Virus record (IMG/VR): IMGVR_UViG_3300033182_000484
Span: 681-64,680 of that record
Reading direction: 5' to 3' (one strand)
DNA length: 64,000 bases
Source: a virus
Taxonomy: Duplodnaviria > Caudoviricetes
Shown: positions 54,072 through 62,527 of the stretch, piece by piece
Numbering within the stretch: position 1 is the first letter of the stretch
Layout of the letters: each line of letters begins with the position of its first letter
Position numbers and translations under genes: made by a program
Notes under the pieces: generated by a model
Told to the model about the DNA's origin: nothing
The model's input: only the letters and a program-made list of their open reading frames with translations
Database searches by the model: none

Positions 54072-54322
54072 TCCGGCACCTCCAGCGTGCGCCTCCAGCT
54101 GTCCGCGTCTTCCGGCGAGATCTCAGCCACGTCGCCGCCGTGCCACAGCAGGTGGATCAGCAGCCACTGATGCTCGTGCAGCTCCAGCTCCTCGCCCGCA
54201 TCCACCTTCTCGTGGATCCAGTGAACGTACTCGTCCAAGTGCTCGACGCACAGCTGGGCGCTCTCCATCTTGCGGTTCGCCCATCGGACCAGCGCCTTCT
54301 TTTTGACCGGGTTCTCTCTCAT
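54068..54322 (-). CDS. Hypothetical protein
   Basis: Tiles with neighbours by ATGA overlaps. Confidence 0.6.
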   Translation of the reverse strand: MRENPVKKKALVRWANRKMESAQLCVEHLDEYVHWIHEKVDAGEELELHEHQWLLIHLLWHGGDVAEISPEDADSWRRTLEVPE

Positions 54323-54618
54323 GGCGTCTCGTTTCCAGGCCCAGTGTAGTCCGCGTTCGTGTACGGATCCGTGTCGATCGTCGCCTCGATCCGATGGTGC
54401 ACCGACTTGACCTTCGCGTGTAGCACCGCGATGTCCGCCACGATCCTCGGCACCGCGATGCCCGGCAGATCCTCAGTAAACATCGTCACCTGGACGCCGA
54501 GCATCGAGCCCTCGACGATCGCACGGTTCAGCACCTCGATCGTCGTCGCGATCTCCTGAGCCTTGGCGTGCGCCTTCACGAAGCGGTGGTCGTTGTCGCC
54601 GAGCTGTGCGTCACCCAT
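54319..54618 (-). CDS. Hypothetical protein
   Basis: Overlap tiling, phage-like codon usage. Confidence 0.6.
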   Translation of the reverse strand: MGDAQLGDNDHRFVKAHAKAQEIATTIEVLNRAIVEGSMLGVQVTMFTEDLPGIAVPRIVADIAVLHAKVKSVHHRIEATIDTDPYTNADYTGPGNETP

Positions 54619-54820
54619 TGGCCTGCTCCGCCTCATGCCGCCGCTGCTCGATGGCATCGCCGAGGGTCTTGTACAGGATCTTCAGCATGTCCAGGTCGGA
54701 GCGCCGGGTGCTGATGTGCATGGCGGTGATCCTGTCGCTGTTCGCCTGCTCTACCGTGATCACGCGGTCGTTCGGCTCGTAGGCCACGCCGACGGACCGC
54801 AGGGGTTGTCCGTTGTTCAT
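54611..54820 (-). CDS. Hypothetical protein
   Basis: GGAGGCGAA RBS. Confidence 0.6.
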   Translation of the reverse strand: MNNGQPLRSVGVAYEPNDRVITVEQANSDRITAMHISTRRSDLDMLKILYKTLGDAIEQRRHEAEQANG

Positions 54821-54948
54821 GTTCGCCTCCGTGTAGGTGCCGGGCAGGGCGGCCTGGGGGGCGGTCGTCGGCACGACGATGACCCTGCCCGGCGGGTCGG
54901 CCCACGCGCATGGGCCGCGCTCAGTGTGGCCACATGCGTGGTCGCGTG

Positions 54949-55236
54949 TCAACCGTCATAGCCGCGCTCCTCCTCGTAGTCGATCGGCACGACCTTGACC
55001 TCGAACACGCCCCCCATGGCCAGGGCAGCGCTCGCGAGCCCGTCGAGGTCGACAACCGTTCCGTCGACCAGACCGGTGATCAGGCCGGGGAACCACCCAG
55101 GCGGCAGGCCCAGACGCTCCCCGATGGCCGCGTCGGTCATCCGGGTCTCGACCTGCATCCGCAGCAGCTCGCTCGCGAGCTGGCGCTGACACCGGGTCAC
55201 GGCCCAGGCCTTCCAGGCTTCAGTCAGCTGTGTCAT
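54949..55236 (-). CDS. HTH-like DNA-binding protein
   Basis: MT.A.IG.RLG..LA..A.AMG (XRE-like). Confidence 0.55.
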   Translation of the reverse strand: MTQLTEAWKAWAVTRCQRQLASELLRMQVETRMTDAAIGERLGLPPGWFPGLITGLVDGTVVDLDGLASAALAMGGVFEVKVVPIDYEEERGYDG

Positions 55237-55940
55237 CCGCCTGCTCCGTCCGGGTTGCCCACCGCCTTGCGCACGTCGCCCTCGGAGAGGGTCGTGCACA
55301 TACCGCCGTCCGGGTGCTCGACGCGCAGGTGCCGCCCGTCCGGCAGGTGCACGCCAGCGTGCGCGTCGGCCATACTCCCGCCAACCGGGCCGCCGTACAT
55401 CACCACCGGCGGATTGTCCCGCATGTGCTGCCGGTGGTTCAGGTCGTCGAGCACCGGGCCGATCCGGTTCAGGATCTCCTGGACCTTCTTGCCGGACAGG
55501 GCGTCACCCCGCCCGTGCACCTTCAGGACCCGCTGCACCTCGGCCAGGGCGTCGTGCGCCCGCGTGCGCTCGTAGGTCAGCATCTGGATGTCGTGGAGCG
55601 CGCGGGTCCAAGGGCTGTCGGGCGGGCCGGTCTCGGTGGCCAGCGGAGCCTTCACGCGCTCCTGGGCCTGCTCCTGCATCTTGGCGTTGTGCTCCCTCTG
55701 CACCTCAGCCCAGGGACGCCAGATCATCGCGCCATGGGCCCCGTGCATCTCGACCAGCTTGAAGACCACCACCTGATCCGTGCTGTATCCGTGCGCCGCT
55801 TCGGCGACCACCTTGCTGAAGATCCGCGCCTTCACCATCCCCGGTGCCTGCAGGATCTCGGTGATCTGGGCCCAGGGGGATTCGCCGCGCAGCTCCACCC
55901 TGATGTTGTCCCCGACCGCGTAGTTCTTATCCGTTGCCAT
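55233..55940 (-). CDS. Hypothetical protein
   Basis: GGAGGCGAAG RBS; 235 aa. Confidence 0.65.
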   Translation of the reverse strand: MATDKNYAVGDNIRVELRGESPWAQITEILQAPGMVKARIFSKVVAEAAHGYSTDQVVVFKLVEMHGAHGAMIWRPWAEVQREHNAKMQEQAQERVKAPLATETGPPDSPWTRALHDIQMLTYERTRAHDALAEVQRVLKVHGRGDALSGKKVQEILNRIGPVLDDLNHRQHMRDNPPVVMYGGPVGGSMADAHAGVHLPDGRHLRVEHPDGGMCTTLSEGDVRKAVGNPDGAGG

Positions 55941-55950
55941 CTTCGCCTCC

Positions 55951-56172
55951 TCAGTCTGGGTACTTGCGGTTAGGCCACGCCTCCATGGCCTCCGCCAGGA
56001 CACGCGCCTCTCGCACCTTCTCCGCAGGCGCGCCCTTCATCTCAGCCAGCCGCGCCCAGTGACGCACGGTCATGGGCGCAAGCCTGTCCTGGGCACGCAG
56101 CACGAACACCGGTTCGTCGTCTGCGGCCTTGGCGATGCAGCCGCTTTCAAGCTCAACGCTCTTGATTGCCAT
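55951..56172 (-). CDS. Conserved small phage protein (DEPxFxLRAxD motif)
   Basis: C..KA..DEPVFVLRAQD.LAP..V..WA..A..M..W..K.PD; GGAGGCGAAG RBS. Confidence 0.78.
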   Translation of the reverse strand: MAIKSVELESGCIAKAADDEPVFVLRAQDRLAPMTVRHWARLAEMKGAPAEKVREARVLAEAMEAWPNRKYPD

Positions 56173-56449
56173 CTTCGCCTCCTGTGTTTGTGGCCACATG
56201 ATCCTGCAGCGCCTGGGCGAGCGCTGTCAAGGGATCGATCTTCGGGTTCACGTCCGTCGCGTTCAGCATGACGTGCGTGCGGCGGATCACCGGCAGCTCG
56301 CGCACGAGGTGCGGCGGCCCGTCGAATGCATCCAGCAGCGCCTCGACGGCAAGCCTGGGCACCTGCATCATCTCCCAGGTCCCGCCGTACTCGGGTGTGG
56401 CGCGCAGGCCTCGGCCCTCGCGCATCTCGTCGAAGATCTCGTCAGCCAT
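56153..56449 (-). CDS. Hypothetical protein
   Basis: GAGGAGG RBS. Confidence 0.6.
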   Translation of the reverse strand: MADEIFDEMREGRGLRATPEYGGTWEMMQVPRLAVEALLDAFDGPPHLVRELPVIRRTHVMLNATDVNPKIDPLTALAQALQDHVATNTGGEDGNQER

Positions 56450-56461
56450 GTTGGTTCCTCC

Positions 56462-56677
56462 TCAGGTTAGGTGCTCGTGAAATTCCCCACCAATCTCGGT
56501 CCATGACTTGTTCACAACGACGTCGAATTGCCAGTCGTCGTACTCGGATCGCAGCTCTTCGAGCCTGTCTCCGTCGGCATCGTCGTCTCGTTCCTCGATA
56601 TCGCCGTTGTCCATGTTCCAGACTGTGACATCGTGCTTGGTGACCACCTTGGCAAATCGCCCCTTCGAATCACGCAT
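56462..56677 (-). CDS. Small acidic protein
   Basis: RDSKGRF N-terminal motif; GGAGG RBS. Confidence 0.6.
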   Translation of the reverse strand: MRDSKGRFAKVVTKHDVTVWNMDNGDIEERDDDADGDRLEELRSEYDDWQFDVVVNKSWTEIGGEFHEHLT

Positions 56678-56936
56678 CGTCTTCCTCCCAGAACTTGCAC
56701 GCCGGATCGGTCGTGCGAATGTCGGATCCACGCCCGTGCGTCCAGGCCGATTCGTTCTTGCCGCACTTCTGGTAGATCTTGCCGTGGTACTGCAGACGCA
56801 CGCGGTGCGCGCAGGTCTTGCACGTCTCGCCCTCGGGCCCGGATCCAGGTGCCCAGGCATGGCCGCGCGGCTGGGTGCCGCGCGGCTTCAGCCGGACCGG
56901 CGCGGCGCGCATCTCGGCGAATAGCTCGTCGCTCAT
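56670..56936 (-). CDS. Cys-rich small protein
   Basis: G.GP.GETC.TC.H..KC..W..G.GSDI..PAC..W. Confidence 0.72.
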   Translation of the reverse strand: MSDELFAEMRAAPVRLKPRGTQPRGHAWAPGSGPEGETCKTCAHRVRLQYHGKIYQKCGKNESAWTHGRGSDIRTTDPACKFWEEDDA

Positions 56937-57433
56937 CGCCGCTCTCCCGTTCCATCACACACCGTGCAGCTCTCGCGCTCGCCCTGGAGCCCGGTGCCGT
57001 AGCAGCTCGGGCAGCCGTCGATGTCGACGTCCAGCGCATTGCACTTCACGAGGAGCGCGTGCTCCACGCCCCTTGCGATCTGGTTGCACTCCTCCTGGGG
57101 GCGCACCTGGGTGCGGATCGCGCGGACGTGCTCCAGGACTTCTTGCATCGTGTCCGCCAGCCGCCCGATGGTCACGTCCAGCTTCTCGATCAGCTCGTTG
57201 GTGTAGGCGTTGCCCCAGGACGCCCCAGCGGCCTCCTGGCGGGCGTAGCCGCGTGTCTCCAGTGGATCCGGCACCGACGGGCCGGGCGACAGCGGCTCGG
57301 TCAGCATGCCCGTGTCCTCGTCGTAGCCGATGCCCATGTCGAACGTGTCACGCGCGAGCATCGGGCAACCGTCCCTCAGACAGGCCACCACAGTTCCCTG
57401 GGTGCCGCACTTGGCGCATGTGGTGCCACTCAT
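56933..57433 (-). CDS. Protein with C-terminal DnaJ-type zinc finger
   Basis: CPSCYGTG..CTVCDGTG. Confidence 0.65.
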   Translation of the reverse strand: MSGTTCAKCGTQGTVVACLRDGCPMLARDTFDMGIGYDEDTGMLTEPLSPGPSVPDPLETRGYARQEAAGASWGNAYTNELIEKLDVTIGRLADTMQEVLEHVRAIRTQVRPQEECNQIARGVEHALLVKCNALDVDIDGCPSCYGTGLQGERESCTVCDGTGERR

Positions 57434-57714
57434 GACACCACCCCCGCGCTCTCCAGGGCCGCCCAGGCGCGCTCGCGGATCGGACCGGCGGGCACCAGCC
57501 CCTGCTCCAGGATCTCCTCCAGGCACGCGGCCAGCTCGGGAGAGGCGGCAATCAGGCCTGCAGACGGGTCGTGCGCTACCGACGCCACAAGCAGCCCATC
57601 AGCTGAGTACACGCGCCGCCACATCGCCCCAGCCTCCGTGACGACCCGTGTGGCCGCGCTCTTCCACGGCCCTGGCGTGAACTTGATTTCGGTTAAGTCG
57701 TTGTTCTTGCTCAT
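57430..57714 (-). CDS. Conserved phage protein (TPGPW..LIAAxPEL family)
   Basis: FTPGPW..LIAASPEL..L. Confidence 0.72.
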   Translation of the reverse strand: MSKNNDLTEIKFTPGPWKSAATRVVTEAGAMWRRVYSADGLLVASVAHDPSAGLIAASPELAACLEEILEQGLVPAGPIRERAWAALESAGVVS

Positions 57715-58190
57715 ATTGCGCCTCCGATCTGGCCCCTCTGGGCACTGTGATTTCTGGCCTAAGTCGTTGATATTGTTACGCTTTTTCCATTTATCAAGCG
57801 CTTCCTTGATCAGTTAAGTCCATGTTTTCATTTACCTTTTCAGCTTCATCAATGACTTACGAGGTTTTTGTAACCGTTGTAACGGGGTTGTAACGGACAC
57901 ATTGTAACACCCTAACCCATTGATATACCTTATATATATATATAATAGTTACAAAAGTTACATATTATATATATATAGTACGCGTCTGCGTCTCTCTATA
58001 CCCCCCTCCCTCCTTTTCTCTATACCCCCCTCTCTATTTTTCCTCCTCTATAGGTGTGCCTCAGAAAGTTGTAACATATGTGGCCACAATGGGGTTAAGT
58101 CGTTGGCGCATAAGGGTAAAAACCGTTACAAATGGCCCGTTACAAGGCCGTTACACTCTGCCCGAGAGGGCCATTTGTAACGGAATAGGG
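57690..58190. repeat. Putative replication origin: TGTAAC iteron arrays, (AT)n tracts and pyrimidine tract
   Basis: Largest non-coding and most AT-rich region; 11 TGTAAC/GTTACA hexamers in 57868-58181; repeated TAAGTCGTTG. Confidence 0.7.
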
Positions 58191-58194
58191 AAGG

Positions 58195-58644
58195 TCACTC
58201 CGTCGGGTAGCGGTCATTAAACCGCTTCCAGGAGCGCTGGGTGAGCCCGTCACGCTCGTCCTGGGCTGTCCGCTTGGTGGCCTTGACCGCCTTCGCGTAC
58301 TCCCGATCGAGGTTCAGCTTGTCCATGACCAGCCGCTGTTTCAGGGTCGCCAGATCCTCATCGCACTTGTCGGTGATGTCCCGCAGGCGCGCGTTCAGCT
58401 TCTGCTCGAACCCAGGCAGGGCGTGGTCGCGCTTGGCCTTCAACTCGGCCTTGCGCTCCCTCTCCTGCTGGGCGGCCTTCCTGCGCGGCTGCTTGGGCTG
58501 CAGTGTGCCGCGCTCACCGGCCAGCTTGCGGTACTGCATGCGGATCTCGGGATCGAGCATGGCGACCGCGCGCGTCTGCTCGGCGGGATCCTCGATCGCC
58601 TGGATGCGCTCGTAGACTTCTTCAATGTTGGCGTCAGCGTTCAT
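58195..58644 (-). CDS. Helical basic hypothetical protein
   Basis: GGAGG RBS; coiled coil; adjacent to the putative origin. Confidence 0.7.
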   Translation of the reverse strand: MNADANIEEVYERIQAIEDPAEQTRAVAMLDPEIRMQYRKLAGERGTLQPKQPRRKAAQQERERKAELKAKRDHALPGFEQKLNARLRDITDKCDEDLATLKQRLVMDKLNLDREYAKAVKATKRTAQDERDGLTQRSWKRFNDRYPTE

Positions 58645-58897
58645 GGGTTCCTCCGTGGTAAAGCGAAGCTGAGGGTTCGCGTGGATTGGGACCGGCAGGG
58701 TCCGCAATGGTGATTTTGTTGCCGCCTACGAAGTCGGTCGCGGCCAGGGTTAAACGATAGCTTTCTCCGTGGCACCTGAGAACGACGCGCTCGGTCTCGC
58801 GGACCCGATCGAAGCCTTGCCGCCAGATCACGCGCGGCGGGACCTTGCAGCGGGCGCAGTGGAACGGCGGCAGGATGGGGTAGCGGTCATCGGTCAT
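58634..58897 (-). CDS. Small zinc-binding hypothetical protein
   Basis: CxxC..CHG; ATGA overlap. Confidence 0.55.
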   Translation of the reverse strand: MTDDRYPILPPFHCARCKVPPRVIWRQGFDRVRETERVVLRCHGESYRLTLAATDFVGGNKITIADPAGPNPREPSASLYHGGTHER

Positions 58898-59310
58898 AGC
58901 AGCCACCCCAGGGCCCTGGCCACGGCACAGCCGAGGATGGCGATCCCGGCACCGAACAGCGCGCCGCCGACCCACCGCCAGTCGACCCGGCGGGGTGGCT
59001 GCGGATCCGGCTCGGGGTCCTTGACGGTCGGGAACTCCTTCATCCACCAGCGGCCCTTGGGCCCGCACCGTTCTTGGTCGTTGCGGACGGTTTCACACAG
59101 CTCCTTGACTATGCGGCTGTCCACCAGGGACCTAGACAGCTTGTAGTGGATGCACCAGTGGTACGACTGACCGGGGCGACACATCGTCCCCATGGTCTCG
59201 AACGTCTCCTGCTCGTAGTGGAACCGGCACCGGGTGCAGGGCTTGGCGTACTTGCGCTCCTCCTCCTCGCGCTCCAGGCGCGACTGGGCGGCTTCAGGTG
59301 ACTTAGGCAT
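58894..59310 (-). CDS. Cys-rich protein with C-terminal TM helix
   Basis: CxxC..C..C..R..CGP.G.W; hydrophobic C-terminus. Confidence 0.65.
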   Translation of the reverse strand: MPKSPEAAQSRLEREEEERKYAKPCTRCRFHYEQETFETMGTMCRPGQSYHWCIHYKLSRSLVDSRIVKELCETVRNDQERCGPKGRWWMKEFPTVKDPEPDPQPPRRVDWRWVGGALFGAGIAILGCAVARALGWLL

Positions 59311-59557
59311 CGGACACCTCCGCGAACGGCTCACCGGTGTGTGGATCCAGGTACGGGGCGTCGTCGGGCACGTAGATCACCTCCACCTGCGCTGGCAGCT
59401 CGGCCTCGATCCGAACGGCGAGGTAGAACTGCCCGGTGAAGCGATGCTCCGACCAGTCGATGTCTTTGTGATACCCGACCGACGAGAGTGTGGCCCACCT
59501 AACGCCGTCGACGAGACGCACGGAGCGATAGACCTTGTCCGCATCCAGGATGTTCAT
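59303..59557 (-). CDS. Hypothetical protein
   Basis: Overlap tiling; DP.TGE motif. Confidence 0.55.
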   Translation of the reverse strand: MNILDADKVYRSVRLVDGVRWATLSSVGYHKDIDWSEHRFTGQFYLAVRIEAELPAQVEVIYVPDDAPYLDPHTGEPFAEVSDA

Positions 59558-60246
59558 GCGATCACCCCCAGCTCCAGGACGCGGCGCATGATGTCGCGCA
59601 GGCGGTCGGTCTCGGCGACCGGATCCTCGCCGGGCTCGATGATGTTGCTGATGCCCAGCTTGCTGTCGCGGTGGTTGACCGTGACGCGCGTGGATCCGTC
59701 GTCCAGCTGCGTGATCAGGTCGAACAGCGGATCGGGGATCGGCTCGATCCAGGGCGCACACAGCTGCCGGATCCGCGCGAACCGCTCCCGCTCTCCAACA
59801 GCTATATCCTCGGCCAGCTCGTGGATCCGGTACAGCGCATCGCGTGCGGCCTTCAGGGCGTCGGCGGTGTCGTCCAGGTTGACGACGCCCTCGCCCGCGC
59901 CGCCATCCAGGAACTTGCCGCAGATCTCCCACATGTTCTGGAAGTCCTGAAGGGTGGCGACCTCGTTGGTTGGGGGGATAGGTCCATCCGACGCCATGGC
60001 AAGCCTGTCGATCGCCTCGATTATCCTGGCGATATCACGCAGGCGGGCCTCGCGGTCCCTGAGGAGATCAAGCGTCGGCTGCTCCACCGAGGTGAGCCCG
60101 TCCGACCGCTCCAGCGCCGCGCGGTCCGCCTGGGTGACCTTCCGCGATTGCCACGGGCAGCCGAGCTGGCCGCACCGGTCGACGTCGTCACTGGTCAGGT
60201 TGTTCTTGCCGCAGGCCATGCACCTGGGGCTCCTGGGGTCATTCAT
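59554..60246 (-). CDS. Hypothetical protein
   Basis: GGAGGCGAAG RBS; N-terminal CxxC..C..C. Confidence 0.65.
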   Translation of the reverse strand: MNDPRSPRCMACGKNNLTSDDVDRCGQLGCPWQSRKVTQADRAALERSDGLTSVEQPTLDLLRDREARLRDIARIIEAIDRLAMASDGPIPPTNEVATLQDFQNMWEICGKFLDGGAGEGVVNLDDTADALKAARDALYRIHELAEDIAVGERERFARIRQLCAPWIEPIPDPLFDLITQLDDGSTRVTVNHRDSKLGISNIIEPGEDPVAETDRLRDIMRRVLELGVIA

Positions 60247-60685
60247 CTTCGCCTCCCATGAGTTGTCTGACGTCCTCCAGGATCTCCGACATGGAGCTAT
60301 CCTCGGAGAGTATCTTGCGCACCGGCTTGGTCGGTGCCTTCACCCGGAACCGTGGCCGCGAATGCATCGCCTCGGACTGGGTGAACAGGTGGAGCAGCGC
60401 CTTGACCCGCTCGGGCCCGAGCTGCCGCTCGAGAATCAGCGTCCAGTTCTGCAGCTGCAGGTGCGTGCGCTGCCGCTCGTGCACGGCGGCCTCGGCCTGG
60501 GACCGCTGCAGCTCCAGGGCGCGCGAGGAGCGCTCCAGGGCGTCGTAGCGTGCGCAGATCTCCATCAGGCTGCCCATGAGGATCCGGCGGATCTGGGTGG
60601 CATCCTCGATCTCCTGGGACGCGCGGGCGATCCACTCAGTGGCGTGCTTGGTGTCGGCTCTCGGTCGCTCGCGATGCCAGCTCAT
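60239..60685 (-). CDS. Coiled-coil hypothetical protein
   Basis: ATGA overlap at 60685; helical. Confidence 0.6.
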   Translation of the reverse strand: MSWHRERPRADTKHATEWIARASQEIEDATQIRRILMGSLMEICARYDALERSSRALELQRSQAEAAVHERQRTHLQLQNWTLILERQLGPERVKALLHLFTQSEAMHSRPRFRVKAPTKPVRKILSEDSSMSEILEDVRQLMGGEDE

Positions 60686-60807
60686 AGCAGGTGCTCCAGG
60701 ATGCCGGGCCCGTGCTCGTACAGGAGAACGGTGGCGGTGCCCGCGCTCAGGACGCCGGTGGCGACCAGCAGCAGCAGGGCGAGGTACATCCAGTCTTGCC
60801 TGTCCAT
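60682..60807 (-). CDS. 41-aa single-TM peptide
   Basis: MDRQDWMYLALLLLVATGVLSAGTATVLLYEHGPGILEHLL*; GAGGAGGAG RBS. Confidence 0.6.
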   Translation of the reverse strand: MDRQDWMYLALLLLVATGVLSAGTATVLLYEHGPGILEHLL

Positions 60808-60836
60808 CGTCTCCTCCTCGTTCAGTGTGGCGGTGT

Positions 60837-60950
60837 GGTGAGATTTCCCGGACATTCCGCGTTGCCAGGACCAACGGGTTTACTTCGCCTGGGGGACGAT
60901 GTCTGGGCCTCTCAGCCTGGGGGCCGTCCGTCCAGGTATAAGATCTCACC
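60837..60950 (-). ncRNA. Candidate multi-stem structured RNA
   Basis: Closing GGTGAGAT/ATCTCACC, second stem CCTGGAC/GTCCGGG, inner hairpins. Confidence 0.4.
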
Positions 60951-61101
60951 GTTTTAGGACCGCAAGGATCCAGGCGTCGTCCGCCTGAGGCTCATTCCCC
61001 AGGCCTCGGAACGGTGGCGCTCCTTCTCGCCGGTCCGCTCTTTGCACCTGGATCCAGACCGCCTGCCGGTCCCGAAAGGAATAGGTCCTCCCCTGCATCA
61101 G

Positions 61102-61440
61102 TTAGCCGTCGGCGTCAGCGCCTTCGACGGACACGCCCGACATCCAGCTCGCCAAGGACGCCGCGTCATCGTAGCGGTGTTTCTTCGTCAGCGCCTGGAT
61201 ATAGGCGTCGATGGCCTGCCCCGCGATCTCGGGGATCTCGACCTTGTCATCCTCGCGCCGCGTGTAGGACAGATCACCGGCTGCGATCTGGTGGGCGTGG
61301 ACCTTAGTGGTCTTGCCCTCGTCCATCTTCACCGTGCCGAGGGTGCCGTCGCCGATCAGGGAAATGATGGTCCCCGGATCCGTCTGGGCACGCTTCGCGG
61401 CCTCCTCAATCGTCAGCAGCTGTCCATTTCCATTCGTCAT
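61102..61440 (-). CDS. Excisionase-like/MerR-type HTH DNA-binding protein
   Basis: LLTIEEAA..TI..LI..G.L..K. Confidence 0.6.
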   Translation of the reverse strand: MTNGNGQLLTIEEAAKRAQTDPGTIISLIGDGTLGTVKMDEGKTTKVHAHQIAAGDLSYTRREDDKVEIPEIAGQAIDAYIQALTKKHRYDDAASLASWMSGVSVEGADADG

Positions 61441-61543
61441 AATCGCCCCCTAGGTTGGTGGGGGACGGCGTTGCGGGTATCTAATCCGCTGCCGCCCCCC
61501 GAACGCTGGCCCCACTCCGTTGGAGGTGCCAGCAGCCGCTCGG

Positions 61544-62515
61544 TCAGTCGTCTTTCTTGGCCGCCTCTTTGGCCTTCTTGTTCGGATAGGCCAGGGCGTT
61601 GCGCCGCGCCTTGATGGTCTTCTGGGGCACGACCTTCTCAGGCTCGATGGTCTCGGGCTTCTGCTCGGAGTTGAACGATCCGAACGAGCAGACCAGCTTG
61701 TCCGCGTTCTTGGCCATGCCCAGGAGGGCCAGCTTGGCCTCATCCTTCATGTTCTCGCCCTGCTTCACCAGGAGCGCGCCGCGCTGATACTTCTCCATCT
61801 GGTCGCACGCCGCCGCGTCCAGGCCGCCATCCTTGGTCAGGTCCAGGACCTCGCGCCGGTTCGGGACCAGCCACGCGTGCTGGGCCGCCGCCAGATCTCC
61901 GGCATCGGTCGCGGGCTCGACGTCGTTGGCGACCTGATCCCAGAACTGGGCGATCACGGTCTTGAGCGCCGCCTGGATCTTCTCGTGCGGCGGGCACTTG
62001 ATCAGGTGGGCGTCGTTGCCGCCGATCAGCACGCCCAGGTATCCGTACGGGCTGCCACTGACCATCATCTGGTGCTGCACCTGGATGTCGATATGGACGG
62101 GCGGGACGATCACGCCGTTGCGCCGGTCCCACTCCTCCAGGAACACGAAGCTGTCGACGTTCTTGATCTCGAACGGGACGAACCCATCCTCGCCGCAGTC
62201 GACGGTGTAGTCGAGAGACGCCCCGGCCCCAGGCACGTTGTCGTTGGTCAGATAGTGCCGGGCCTTCTTGACGCGGAGGTGGTGCTGCTTCGCGAGCCCC
62301 ATGGCGATCGTCGCTTCCATGTGGGTGCCCCAGAACACGCGCTCGTCGGACAGCTCCTCCTCGGGGATCGTGCCGCGCTTGCGGTGGTAGAGGCTGAACG
62401 GGGTGGCGTACTTGCACACGCCGAGCAGGGCCTCGGATTCGGACGCGCCGACATGCTCGGACCGGAGCCCGTGCCAGACGTCTTCGTTCGGCAGTTCGTG
62501 AGAGATGGCAGTCAT
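61544..62515 (-). CDS. YqaJ-like (lambda exonuclease family) recombination nuclease
   Basis: WH..R..VGASE..G..Y.TP..LY..K, WG..E, ASLD..EIK, QVQHQM..G. Confidence 0.9.
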   Translation of the reverse strand: MTAISHELPNEDVWHGLRSEHVGASESEALLGVCKYATPFSLYHRKRGTIPEEELSDERVFWGTHMEATIAMGLAKQHHLRVKKARHYLTNDNVPGAGASLDYTVDCGEDGFVPFEIKNVDSFVFLEEWDRRNGVIVPPVHIDIQVQHQMMVSGSPYGYLGVLIGGNDAHLIKCPPHEKIQAALKTVIAQFWDQVANDVEPATDAGDLAAAQHAWLVPNRREVLDLTKDGGLDAAACDQMEKYQRGALLVKQGENMKDEAKLALLGMAKNADKLVCSFGSFNSEQKPETIEPEKVVPQKTIKARRNALAYPNKKAKEAAKKDD

Positions 62516-62527
62516 AGGTTTCGCCTC

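Noticed and set aside
57860-58185. CRISPR-like array
   Set aside because: Repeats are 6-7 bp, in both orientations and irregularly spaced, with no 25-40 bp repeat-spacer pattern
60880-60925. TPP riboswitch or hammerhead hint (GCTGAGA..CGAAG)
   Set aside because: The remaining conserved core nucleotides are missing; kept only as a generic structured RNA
60946-61098. Possible 50-aa ORF on the minus strand (MQGRTYSF..)
   Set aside because: No clear RBS, atypical codons and the region also folds; cannot be supported
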